A stretch of DNA of 64,000 bases from Mobula hypostoma (GCF_963921235.1 NC_086101.1:31744001-31808000); one strand, 5' to 3'; shown: positions 50,310-61,923, counted from the first letter of the stretch. Numbers and translations: made by a program. The notes: generated by a model not told the origin, from the sequence alone.

Positions 50310-51447
50310 AGCTTTGTTGAAGATACTGAATCATGAGCTCTGGAATCTGGGCCTTAGCACTCAGATCTGCAGCTGGATCTTCAACTTCCTCACAAACAGG
50401 ACCCAGGCTGTAAAAATAGGGGACAAGCTCTCCTCTACAATCACTCTGAGCACCGGTGCCCCACAAGGCTGTGTACTCAGCCCCCTGCTGTACTCACTGT
50501 ACATCCATGATTGTGTAGCCAAGTTTCCATCAAACTCAATATATAAGTTTGCTGATGATACCACAGCTGTAGGCCGTATCTCGGGTAATAATAAGTTTGA
50601 GTACAGAGAGGAAATTAAGAACCTGGTGGCATGGTGCAAAGACAATAACCTATCCTTCAACGTCAGCAAGACGAAGGAATTGGTTGTTGACTTCAGAAGG
50701 AGTAGTGGACCGCACGACCCCACTTACATCGGTGGTGCGCAAGTGGAACAGGTCAAAAGCTTTAAGTTCCTTGGGGTCAATATCACAAATGACCTGACTT
50801 GGTCCAACCAAACAGAGTCCACTGCCAAGAAGGCCCACCAGTGCCTTTACTTCCTGAGAAAACTAAAGAAATTTGGCCTATCCCCTAAAACCCTCACTAA
50901 TTTTTATAGATGCACTGTAGAAAGCATTCTTCTCAGGTGCATCACAACCTGGTATGGAAGTTGTCCTGTCCAGGATCGGAAGAAGCTGCAGAAGATCGTG
51001 AACACGATGCAGCACATCACACAAACCAATCTTCCATCCTTGGACTCACTTTACACCGCACGTTGTCGGAGCAGTGCTGCCAGGATAATCAAGAACATGA
51101 CCCACCCAGCCAACACACTTTTCATCCCTCTTCCCTGCGGGAGAAGGCTCAGGAGTTTGAAGACTAGTATGGCCAGATTTGGGAACAGCTTCTTTCCAAC
51201 TGTGATAAGACTGCTGAACGGATCCTGACCCGGATCTGGGCCGTACCCTCCAAATATCCGGACCTGCCTCTCGGTTTTTTTGCACTACCTTACTTTCCCT
51301 TTTCTATTTTCTATTTATGATTTACAATTTAAATTTTTAATATTTACTATGGATTTGTACTCCAGGGAGCGCGAAGTGCAGAAACAAATATCGCTGTGAT
51401 GATTGTACACTCTAGTATCAATTGTTTGGCGACAATAAAGTATAAAG
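50310..51447 (+). mobile_element. Rex1/Babar LINE, 5'-truncated, young (304-aa open RT C-half)
   Basis: [24 protein letters not shown]; tail near-identical to those at 13.0 kb and 21.9 kb. Confidence 0.93.
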
Positions 51448-52369
51448 CATGCTTGACAAGGTAACTAAGGAGAAAGGGTTTCCAGCAGCAATGGAGTCAG
51501 TTTCCAGAGGTCAATCTTGGAAATCAAAACACACAAATCTGCAGAAAACACCAGCGATATTTAAAGGTATGACTTCATCACTGGAACTGAAACATTAACT
51601 GTCTTATTCCTCTCTGATGCTGTCTGACCTGCTGAGTATTTCCTGCTGTAACATGACACAGTTAGGTTACTGGAAATTGAACCAATACAGATACAAGGTA
51701 ACATTTTCTTTCAAAAAGTAATTGAACATCTGCCTGGAGAGATAAGTAGGGGAAACAATGAATTGATAACCTCAATGGAGGGCCGAGGCTCCTCCAGCAC
51801 TACCTCTTCCATCCCCTACCTGCCTCACTCACAGTCATGCCCTCTTGTCCCCGACCATAAACTGCATTTGAGAAAGTTAATTTAATCTTTGGATTAAATA
51901 GATCTGAGAAAGTTAATAAAATGGGTGTAACTGCCTCCGGAGACACAGTGTACAGGTAACTCTCCCCCTCTCTGAAGTGTCAAGAGTGTTTGCAGCTTAG
52001 ATTCCAGGTCACTGACATTGGGCCTCGAGAAACCAACACTTGCTGTAGATGCGGTCACCAGAAACCACGTATGTCTACAGCCAGAGCAGATGACTGTTCC
52101 TGTCAGCCGTAAGTTTAAGTGAGCTGTCTTATGTTGTATCCCAGGGGTGGTGTGAAGGAAACTGGGTGAGAGAAACACAAGACGCAGAGCTGGAAGACTG
52201 CAGGGATCTGAAGTTTCAAGGCATTGACCCTTCTACCTTGATCGAGTGTCCTTGATGTGATGGACAAAGGGCAGTTGAACTAAGCTTAATGCAACTCAGT
52301 GTGTGTAGTATTTTCCCACAGTTGGCAGCGTTTTACAGCTGATTTCATTCATTTTATACAGTTGCCTCT

Positions 52370-54290
52370 CTTCAGTCTGCGAGAACTTCTCGGGAGGACG
52401 CGCGACACGCCCTTTTCGGGAGGAAACGCGCCACAGGCTCTTTCATCTTTCTCCACGCATTCTTCGCAGACCCACCGTCCACAACGAGGTGAGCTAGCCA
52501 TCCCGCGGGCTGCCGGTTGTGGGAGTGATGCGCCGGGTATGCAAGAAGGATTTCACTTGGGGGGTGAGGAGCTCTCATCGGCAGCCAGGCGAGGTCCTGG
52601 TGCCTGTTGGTGAGGCCTGGCGATGAGTCATTCCGCCAGACAGTCTGTTCGGGAGAACCCTGCCCTACAGTGTCCATGCAGTTGTCCTACAGTTTCGGCA
52701 GGACGTTCCGTGATGACCATTGTATGATGGGCTTCTGGTCAAAGTGTATTGGTCTGGAAGAAAATTTCAGCGTAGGACAGGTGGTGCATCATCGTCCAGC
52801 TGACTGGGATGTTGCGCGACAACGGGACCAAAACCATCATCCTTCGCAAAACCGGTGACTGGTAGAGACTCGGCAGGCCGTGACACTTAGTGCCCGTGTA
52901 TTCAAATTCCACGCACAGCCTGAGGCCACCACACACATCAAAGTGTGGGCAACATCGGGTATTTTTTGTCCTCATTGTCTAGGGATATGCATTGCGGCCC
53001 GCCTGTCTATCCCATCTTGAATCACTGGATGAAACTGAAGACAGTTCGTGTCTTTCCCAAGCTGGAGGATTGGGGAATGGGGCACACCTGCGCCAAGCAC
53101 AGCAGCTCTGAGAGCACCTCACACCCGAGGAATAGGTTCTTCCCGGTTATGGATAGAGAGCGCCCTCCCCACAGTCCAAATTTCGGTTTTACCTGCCCAG
53201 TGCACTCCAGCCAATTCTTGTTGCACGCCTCGGCCACTGCGAAAACCATACCAAGCACCTTCAGGTAACCGGAGCTGCTGGTGAATGGGGACACTGGATC
53301 GGTCAGGTCATTAGACGAAGACCACGCGGTTAACCCTGGCCCTTGATGCCAACTCATACTGGGATCAATCTGGGAACTGGCCGGATCTGAACAGAAAATG
53401 ATTAAGCTGTCCATGTAGAGGGAGGTTTTCACTTGAGTCCTTCCACTGATCGGCAGCGTCACCGCTCCTACGCTCTCGTCCTCCGTGACAGCCTCGGCGA
53501 ATCGTTCTGTACAGCACACAGACAAGACGGGGATTGGGTAACCCTGCCTGACTCCAGACTTGATGGAGAAGCTATTTATTCCCTGCCCATTGCTTTGGAC
53601 TGGGCTACAGATGTCTGTGTTGAGCAATTGGATCCAGTTCCTGATTTCCTCCCCAGATCCCATTTTGGAGTGTGCGTCCATCACGTCATAGTCATACTTT
53701 AATGATCCCGGGGGAAATTGGTTTTCGTTACAGTTGCACCATTAATAATAAATAGTAATAAAACCATAAATAGTTAAATAGTAATACGTAAATTATGCCA
53801 GGAAATAAGTCCAGGACCAGCGTATTGGTGTAAGTGTGTGACATCCCGTAGAAGACTTTCTGCTGGCCCAAGCTGACCAGGCAGGCGTCCACCCCGCTGC
53901 CTTGCACGTAGGTGACGGTGACCCCCAGCAGGGCGAGGCTGCCAAAGATTTTCCGGCCAGGTACAGCACAGGTTTGTTCCGGGAGCATCACCTTTCCCAG
54001 AACAGGCTTGACTCTGTTGGCGATGGTCCTGCACAGGATCTTCGAGTCCACATTCAGGAACGAAATTGGGTCCCAATGATTGATGTCATCCCTTTCCCCT
54101 TTCTGTCTGTAGATGAGGGGTAATGGTGCCTTTCCTCGTGGGAGAGTCCTTCGGTCTGGCAGCTAAAAGCATAGTATTGTACATTTCCTGCAGGTCTGGA
54201 CCCACCCTGTCCCAGCGAGCCGATACAACTCAGCCGGTGAGCTGTCGCGTCCGGGACTTTTAAACGCATCGAAGGAACGGATTGAGCCAT
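52370..54290 (-). mobile_element. Tx1-clade LINE ORF2 remnant (RT to post-RT), decayed
   Basis: DSKILCRTIANRVK..EQTCAVPGRKI, SGVRQGYP, SLYMD, LKVLG and LTNRHQDLAWL. Confidence 0.85.
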
Positions 54291-54963
54291 TCTATCTTTA
54301 TTCTTTGTAACAGACGAGAATGAGCGGAGACCTTATAGAAGTGCAGCGCCTTATGTGAAGCATGGATAAGGTGTATGGTGACTTTACCTTAAGGGTAAGA
54401 GAGTCCAAAATTAAGGGGCATAGGATCGGGTGTGAGAGGAAAGACACCTGAGAGGAAATATTTTCACGCAAAAGGTGATTAGTAAATCGGTTCGGGAAGT
54501 TGCAATAGCATACTATAGGAAGCATTTTCTTAGTTACATGAAGAGGTGAGGCTTGGCGGGATGCGAGCGTAACACAGGAAATTAGGGCCAGCTGCAATGC
54601 CACTGAGATTGGCTGTGCAGAAGGGTGTGTATCCATTCTGTATTGCCTCGCTCCCTCTCCCCAGAATCAACCGCTTTACCCACCCAGTCCGCTCATGGAG
54701 CACTGGCACGGACTCACAGGGTCGAGACCTTCGGCACCTCAGACTCAGCCCGGCCCTTGTGGACCCAACGAAGGCTCACTCTGCGGATTTTCTCACTCCC
54801 CCTCTCTGCATCCTGTACGCCGAGAACGCAGTGTGAAGTAGGATGAGGAACGGAAGAAACACATCGAATGCTGGAGCAATTCAGCAGGTCGGGCAGCATG
54901 TAGGGGATCGCAGCTGGAGAGTTATCGCTCTCAGACGTTCCTCACTCCAGAGACCGCACTCAT

Positions 54964-54982
54964 TCTAATTTCCGTTTAAAAA
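54964..54982 (-). promoter_or_regulatory. U1 3'-box-like element
   Basis: TTTTTAAACGGAAATTAGA downstream of the U1 3' end; A-rich...AGA also follows the other two copies (58177-58193, 63609-63629). Confidence 0.5.
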
Positions 54983-54985
54983 TGT

Positions 54986-55149
54986 CAGGGGAGAGCGCGA
55001 ACGCAGTCCCCCACTACCACAAATTTTGCAGTCGAGTATCCCGCATTTGGGGACATCGCAGGCGTCAGCACACCCGGAGTGCAATGGGATAGCCTCGTCC
55101 TGGAACCTCGGCCTTCCGGATCACCGACGGTTCCCTGCCAGGTAAGTAT
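54986..55149 (-). ncRNA. RNU1: U1 snRNA gene, full length (164 nt), variant stem-loop I
   Basis: ATACTTACCTG 5' end, ATTGCACTCC loop II, AATTTGTGG Sm site, terminal stem GGGGACTGCGTTCGCGCTCTCCCCTG. Confidence 0.97.
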
Positions 55150-55188
55150 GATCTCCCAGTCTCCTCACCCCCGGCCAATCATGCTCAT

Positions 55189-55212
55189 CACTCCTTAACA
55201 TCCTCACGACCA
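55189..55212 (-). promoter_or_regulatory. snRNA proximal sequence element (PSE) candidate
   Basis: TGGTCGTGAGGATGTTAAGGAGTG at -63 to -40, aligning with human U1 PSE TGACCGTGTGTGTAAAGAGTG. Confidence 0.6.
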
Positions 55213-55304
55213 GCAATTTCAAACCTTACATTGCAGTTCCTCAACACAAATAGCCCACACACACAAATGTACTGCCATGGATTATAATTCGCATCTTGTA
55301 AATT

Positions 55305-55347
55305 ACTACAACTTCCAAAGATTTCGCATCCATTGCTTCTTTGCATA
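55305..55347. promoter_or_regulatory. Distal sequence element candidate (ZNF143/SPH-like site plus near-octamer)
   Basis: ACTACAACTTCCAAAG resembles the ACTACAnnTCCCA motif; ATGCAAAG (7/8 octamer) on minus at about -190 to -198. Confidence 0.45.
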
Positions 55348-55394
55348 TTTACCAAAAAAGGAAAGGGCCTGACACCCGCCTGCAGTTCTCAGGC

Positions 55395-55411
55395 TGGCCA
55401 CTAGGTGTCAC
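55395..55411 (+). promoter_or_regulatory. CTCF-like motif upstream of U1
   Basis: TGGCCACTAGGTGTCAC fits the CTCF core. Confidence 0.4.
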
Positions 55412-56419
55412 ATTACCTCCGCCCGCGCCGCTTCATTCATCAGCTGCAGGCGTGAGACTGGTGAAGGTCCGCGGCTCCAGTCCAGTCTCGGCCTCGTCCC
55501 CTTCAACAAGGAATTTTGGGCTGTCACTATGTGCACGCAGTCTTAGTTGGCGCTCCTGGAGGACAGCTGGGGCAAAGCCGGGGGCTAGAGTATGTCGGAG
55601 TATTGAGGATTCAATGAGGGAACGGATCATTTGCATATGCCATTCTGTCAGCGGGAAGGGTTGATTTCAGGATTGAGGAATTGAAGATCAGTGACCATAA
55701 CATTACTGAATTATATATACCCCGCTTCGACTCCGTTCCGTCTAAATCTGAATAAGGACCGTGATAGGAATCAGATGTACGAGAGGGGTCAGATCGGTGC
55801 CCGGAGGGAAGGATCAGACCCTCAGACCCTGAAGCGGGTGGGAGTGGTGTAGGAAGCGCCTTCCTGAAGGCAGAGCAGTGAGTGACTGCAGAGGAAGATG
55901 TGATCGGAGCGCCACGCGGTCCTGGGCCTGGTCTGCATCAGGTCCCGGGGTGAAGTGAGGAGAATCACTTCTAGAGGATCTGTGGGTGGGAGTGGGCGAT
56001 TGACCGGGACCAGCCACACGGAAGCTTGTAACATTGAACCAGTGAGCTGCTGGTCTCCCGCTCTTGGTTGTTGCAGGAACGACCTCGCTCTCCCTCAAGT
56101 ACGAGAGAGCCTGTCTGATACCAAAATGCTGCGACCAGCTGTGGTTTTTCACGGACTCAAGGTCTCTTTGGGGGGCTTTGCTATTGATTGCATGGTGGGG
56201 GGAAAGGGTCGTTGCTTTTGCTGGTGCAAGTGGGGGGGGGAGGGTCGATGTTTCTGCTGTTGTTTTGCGTGAGAGGGCCGAGTTGTTTTTTGAGTCATCG
56301 CTCCTTGAAGATGTCCTGGATACTGCAGAGGCTAGAACCCACGATGGAGCTGACTGTTTACAATTCTCTGCACCTTACTCCGATCTAATGCTGTAGCCCC
56401 CCCCCCCCACACACACACA

Positions 56420-56780
56420 CACACCAGACGGTGATGCAGCCAGTTAGAATGCTCTCCACGGTACATCTGTAGAGACTTGCGAGTGGTTTGTTGACATATG
56501 AAATCTCCTCAAACTCCTAATGAAATACAGACGCTCTTGCCTTCTTTGTAGCTGCATCGATGTGTTGTGTCCAGGTCAGATCCTCAGAGATATTGACGCC
56601 CAGGATCTTGAAATTGTTCACTCTTTCCACCTCTGATCCCTCTATGAGGTTCTTGCTTCGACACCACTCAATTAGCTGATATATCTCACTCCTGTATGCC
56701 CTCTTGTCACCATCTGAAATACTGCCAACAAAGGTTGTGTCGACAGTAAATTTATAGATGGCATTTGAGCTGTGTCTACA
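56420..56780 (-). mobile_element. Rex1/Babar RT fragment
   Basis: YKFTVDTT...FKILGVNISEDLTW. Confidence 0.7.
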
Positions 56781-57640
56781 ACAATGCTTTTCCATTTTAC
56801 ATGCATGCTCAAAGTTTTACGTACTGTTATAGCACTGCACCCACTCACGTGGCACTAGTTTTAAATCAAACACAATAATTGAGGGCCTTCCTCTCCCTAC
56901 CGAACCCTCCCTCTCCAATAGGAGGAGAACTCTGCACCGTGGTCCTTCCCCAACGAGCCCTTGCGGAGGCTGCACCAAGCTTCAATGCGTCCCTCTGCTG
57001 TAGATGTGCTTCCGCAGACCGGGATAAGCCAGTCGGCACAGTCCTTCTTGATGTTCCTGCTCAATATGCATGTGGCAGACTATGTAACAGTTTCTTCCCC
57101 CAAGCCATCAGACTCCTCAATACCCAGAGCTTGGGCTGACACCAGCCTACTGCCCGCTACTCTGCTATTGTCTTGTTTATTATTTATTGTAATGCCTGCA
57201 CTGATTTGTTCACTTTATGCAGTCCCGGGTAGGTCTGTAGTCTAGTGTAGTTTCTGTGTTTTTTACATAGTTCCGTGTAGTTTTTGTATTGTTTCATACA
57301 AAACATACCATGGTCCTGAAAAACGTTGTCTCGTTTTTACTGTGTACTGTACCAGCAGTTATGGTCGAAATGACAATAAAAAGTGACGTGACTTGAATAA
57401 TTTTCAAGCCGACCAATGAGCGTCTTTCACCGAGTTGGTAATCCACCAGAAGCAATTTATGTTCGTCCCCGGGAACAGCCGGTAGATCCGAGTCCACCTT
57501 CACTCAGCTGCTGCTGGGATGAGATGTGCCAGAGGATCTTTCAACATTCTTCACACGCTCTTCGCAAACCCAGTCTCCAACGAAGTGAGGCACAGTCATC
57601 CCGCCGGCAGTCAGTTGTCAGAATGATGTTCCGGATATAG
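56780..57640 (-). mobile_element. Older Tx1 C-terminus and 3' UTR, split by a Rex-type tail (about 57060-57410)
   Basis: ..RDALKLGAASARARWGRTTV and NSVKDA..; 3' UTR blocks match those at 58615-58720. Confidence 0.75.
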
Positions 57641-58078
57641 AAACATAGAAAACCTACAGCACAATACAGGCCCTTCGGCCCACGAAGTTGTGCCCAACAT
57701 GTCCCTACCTTAGAAATTACTAGGCTTACCTATAGCCCTCTATTTTACTAAGCTCCATGAACCTATCTAAAAGTCTCTTAAAATATTGTATCCGCCTCCA
57801 CCACCGTTGCCGGCACTCACTACTCTCTGAGTAAAAAACTTACCCTGACATCTCCTCTGTACCTACTCCCCAGCACCTTAAACCTGTGTCCTCTTGTGGC
57901 AACCATTTCAGCCCTGGGAAAAAGCCTCTGACTATCCACATGATCAATGCCTCTCATCATCTTATACACCTCTATCAGGTCACCTCTCATCCTCCGTCGC
58001 TCCAAGGAGAAAAGGCTGAGTTCACGCAACCTATTCTCATAAGTCATGCTCCCCAATCCAGGCAACATCCTTGTAAAT
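57637..58078 (-). mobile_element. CR1 3' fragment
   Basis: LFSLERRRMRGDLIEVYK..TRGHRFKV; tail (TTCTATG)n. Confidence 0.9.
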
Positions 58079-58193
58079 AGGAAGGGCTGTGATTTCGGTG
58101 GGGGAAGGGGCTCTCAGCGCTATCCAGAAGCTTCCCGTGCTGACCACTGCCTGATTGATGTCATTCAAACCATCAATCTTTTTTCTCAGATGT

Positions 58194-58320
58194 CAGGGGA
58201 GAGCGCGAACGCAGTCCCCCACTACCACAAATTCCGCAGTCGAGTATCCCGCATTTGGGGACATCGCAGGCGCCAGCACACCCGGAGTGCAATGGGATAG
58301 CCTCGTCCTGGAACCTCGGC
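58194..58320 (-). pseudogene. RNU1: U1 snRNA 3' part (nt 38-164), interrupted in loop I
   Basis: 3 differences from 54986-55112; abuts the polyA end of a Tx1 element. Confidence 0.95.
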
Positions 58321-59430
58321 TCTTTTTTTTTTCAAAAATATGCTTTATTCAGAAATATTACAAAATAAACTTACTTACAAAAACTAATCGTTGACTCTGT
58401 CCGTATTCAATAAATAAAATTATTTACAATAAGTCATGCGTTGACTCAGTCGTTATTCGAAATAAAGATGTTTACAATAAATCATTCGTTGATTCTCAAA
58501 CCTTAGTCAAGAATAAACTTACTTACAATTTAAAAAATTACAATAAAAACCAGACGTTTATTCTCATTTCTTTACCGAAGTTCCTTTACGGTCCATACCT
58601 TTCCACGTTTCCAGCCACCCGTGTGGCACTATGTTGATTCATCTGTCCACACCGCTGATGAGGGGCATCTCCTCCCCACCCGACCCCTCCCACTCCCGCA
58701 GGTGACGAGCCCTAAACCGTGGTCCTTCCCCAACGGGCCTTCGTGCTGGCTGCTCCGAGTCTGAGTGCGTCCCTCAGCACGAATTCCTGCGGGCAAGAAT
58801 GTGCCGTCCGACAGCATTCAGTCACCGACATCTCCATGTGCTGGAAGACCACCAAGTTTCGGGCCGACCAAAGAGCGTCTTTCAGAGTTGATGATCTGCC
58901 TCCGGGAGTCCTATTCGATCCAAAGGAACGAACGGAGCCGTTCAGCTCGTCCAGGGTCAGCGGCTGATCCAGACTCTCCCGCTTGCCGTCATCTAAAACC
59001 TGCTTGATAGGCGACAGGAAGCTGCGGTGTCTATGGCCTTTCTGTCGTACAGACCGGCGCATAGCAGGACCTGCAGATCTCCTCAATATGTCGGTCTGCG
59101 AGGACGCGACTGAGCCGTCCTCTTCCATAAGGCTGTGGATCACAGACAGCGCGCGTGGGATGATGCTCCAGGAATACAGGAAGAGTTTAACTGGGAGCGT
59201 CCGTCTCGCCGCCAGTCAGGCAACGTCCTGGTCCCAGTCAGTGAGATCTGCCGGATGGTCGGCTCAGGGAACCACCCCACTGTGTGTGTAGGACACCGTC
59301 TGATGGACTTGTGGTCAGAGTTGTTGGTCCGGAAGAACTTCCACGGGAGACAGGTAGCGCGGCAAAGTCCAGTTGGGCGGGAATTTGAGCTACAACGGGG
59401 CCAGTCCCCTCCAGCAAGTCACCCAGCCGT
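58321..59430 (-). mobile_element. Tx1-derived RT-less rearranged element inserted in U1
   Basis: A10 tail, AATAAA, repeat-bearing 3' UTR; KDALWSARN...WGRTTV*, VIHSLMEEDG...LDQPLTLDEL..RTPG and WTLPRYL..KFFRTNN..VGWFPE..QDVA. Confidence 0.9.
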
Positions 59431-60134
59431 CTGTACACCAGCGTCCTAAGTTCCAGACTTAGAACGCATGGTAAGATACTTAAAGTTCAAAATAAAATTT
59501 ATACAAATTTAAGGCATATTTGTAAATATTGTTAAATTCACAAACAAGGCGATGAATAGTGCTTAATTACATTTCTTTAAAAATTGGGTGGGCGGTGGGT
59601 TTTGATGGCGATTGGGGAATGAAACGGTCGATAAGACGTACCTGAAACAGCCCTTTTAATTATTCTTTCTTCCCCCTCCCCCGCTCACTCTCTTTCTGTT
59701 TCCCGTTTGAACGAATTTTCGTCTCGGGTTCCGTTGCCGGGTCCGCACTCGGGTTACCAGATCCACTCGGGATCTTCCGCCGCCTCCCCGCTTTCCTCGG
59801 GGCGGGGCGGTACGGGGTTGGCATTCTCTTCACTCTGCTTGTTCAACCTGATCATGCTTCACCCGACCTGGTGAAGTGACTTGTCGCCCTGTTCGTCTCC
59901 ATGTTGCCCCATACACGTGGAGTTAGAACTGGGCTTGGTGTAACATTGTCACACGTACCGAGATGCATTGGAAAACTCATAGAAACTGTTCTTCAGCCTG
60001 GTGGTAGGTACGGTCAGGCAGGGTTTTGCATCATCTGCCCGATGGGAGGGGGGGGATTCTGAAATGGGTGGGGTCTTTGGCTAGTTTGGCTGCTTTACCG
60101 AGGCAGTGAGAAGTGTAGGCTGGGTCCATGGCGG

Positions 60135-60245
60135 AGTCCTGACGAAGGGTTCCGGCCCGAAACGTTGTCTGTTCTTTTCCACGGGTGCTGCGCGGCCTGC
60201 TGAGCTCCTCCAGCGTGTTGCGAGTGTTGCTTTGACCCCAGCATC
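60135..60245 (+). mobile_element. PLE tail with hammerhead core (AGTC-CTGACGA-A-GGG..CCC-GAAAC-GTT)
   Basis: Core nucleotides intact; one mismatch in stem I. Confidence 0.6.
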
Positions 60246-61404
60246 CGCAGAGTATTTTGTGTCCATGGCGGAGGGGCGCGCTTCCATGAGCAGCTGAGCA
60301 GTTTCTTCCGCGCATTCCGCTTCACTCTGCGCCCTTTACACTGGCGCGTTCTCGGCTGGCAGCCGCTCTGCTCTCTCCTCTTTATTCTTCTTTCTGCTCT
60401 GAGGGGCGAAGGATGCTGAGCGTGTCGATGGTCGCTCAGTCGCTGCGACTCCGTACGGTCTCGCTCTCTTGGTGTGACTGTCCACATTCTGCTCCTGTTT
60501 TTGTCGAGAGCCGAGTCCCCGGCTCTAGCTGAACCCCCGCCCCTCGGATCAACACTACGGACTTATCCAGGGCCGTCTGGAGTAGACTGGAATCCTCACC
60601 CTACAGGTGCGCCCACTGACTCGGATGACCACTGTGTGGGGCCTCTCTGACAACGCACCTGCGGTTCTGACAATAGCCACTAGGCGTCTCCACTGCAGAT
60701 TTTAATCAACCGATAGCGGGCTTGTGACCGGGATCCCGCCACGGATCCTGCCCGCATTCAACTCCCGGCCACAGCCTCATGCTTTTCGTCTCGGACCACC
60801 AGGCTCTCACCGTGAGCAGACAGTCTCAGCTGGCGTTCTCCGGAGCTCATAGCCAGCGTCTTAGCGTGTCACAGAGACAGGGAATTTATTTAGGGGACGG
60901 GCAATCTGCATGTGCTGTTTTGTCACAGGAATGAGTGAATTGAGGAACCGTGACCATGATATTACAAATTGATAAATCAATATGTATCCAATATGATTCA
61001 GTTCCACCTAAAGCTGAGGACTTAAAGATAAATAAAGGTTGATGCGGGACTAAGAAGTGAACACGACCATTCGCGCACTGTAATGCAGGTAGACTCACTA
61101 AGGTAGCACGCTTTATAGTAGAGTAAAAATATTATGAAAATACGTATACATTATCATACACTGCCATGGGATTCAGTATCTTGCGGGAATTAAAGGAAAA
61201 CAATGAAATACTGTACAATAAAATAAACGGAAAAAACTGCACATAAACCAAGACTGACAACCAATGTGCGAAAGAAGAGAAATTGTGCAAATGAAAAATA
61301 ATACTGAGAATATATGAAACACTCTGGTTTCCTCGACTGCGTGAATCTAGGGCAGTCAATCTCCGGCCCTGCCAAATGTGTGAGATTGAGCCGCGAGCCC
61401 ACCC

Positions 61405-61923
61405 CAAAACCCCTGTTTACGTGAATACTGTGTCATTTGCCACGAAATAACAGACAGTACTCTGCATACGATTAAAGGAATTACATTTATGAATCTTAAC
61501 TAAAGGGTTAGTAAAGAATAACAAAAGGAAAAGGGCCCATTCTAATTAAACAGTCAAATCCGCACAAGTGGGAGCTCATCTTCAACTTCTGTCACTCACG
61601 CGTTGGGCCCCCGGTCAACGCCACCTCCTGAACGTCACTCACAACCCACCTCGAACAAACGGGTCTCCCACTGGATCGTATGTTACGACCGGTTCTCCCC
61701 AGCCCCTTCTCTCTTCATCTCCTCTCGAACAGAAGCCCAGGACCAACCTTATTCTCCCTCACCAGGAAATCCTCCCGCTAATTGGATGGCACATATTCCA
61801 CATCATCCCGTATCTTCAACAGTAACCCAAACATAAGCGGAAAACACGCAGCTCGCACAGAACAGCACAAAATGAAATACGTACAGCATTACAGTAAAAA
61901 AATATATGAACCAGGACATTACA
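61405..61923. mobile_element. 5'-truncated LTR related to the 19671/46629 LTRs
   Basis: Shared aaaagggccca, ggagctcat, tggcacatattcc and aacccaaacat blocks; ends ...attaca. Confidence 0.6.

Noticed and set aside
55629-55725. Octamer, TGACCATAAC and TTATATATA as a U6-type Pol III promoter on plus
   Set aside because: PSE-TATA spacing is about 9 nt versus about 25 in U6, and no recognisable RNA lies downstream.
59466-59480. catggtaagatac as the missing U1 5' end
   Set aside because: Only the GGTAAG core matches, which is just a generic splice-donor-like word; none of the following U1 bases are present.
59856-59878. Small hairpin cttcacc-cgacct-ggtgaag
   Set aside because: A single 7-bp stem with no supporting context is expected by chance.
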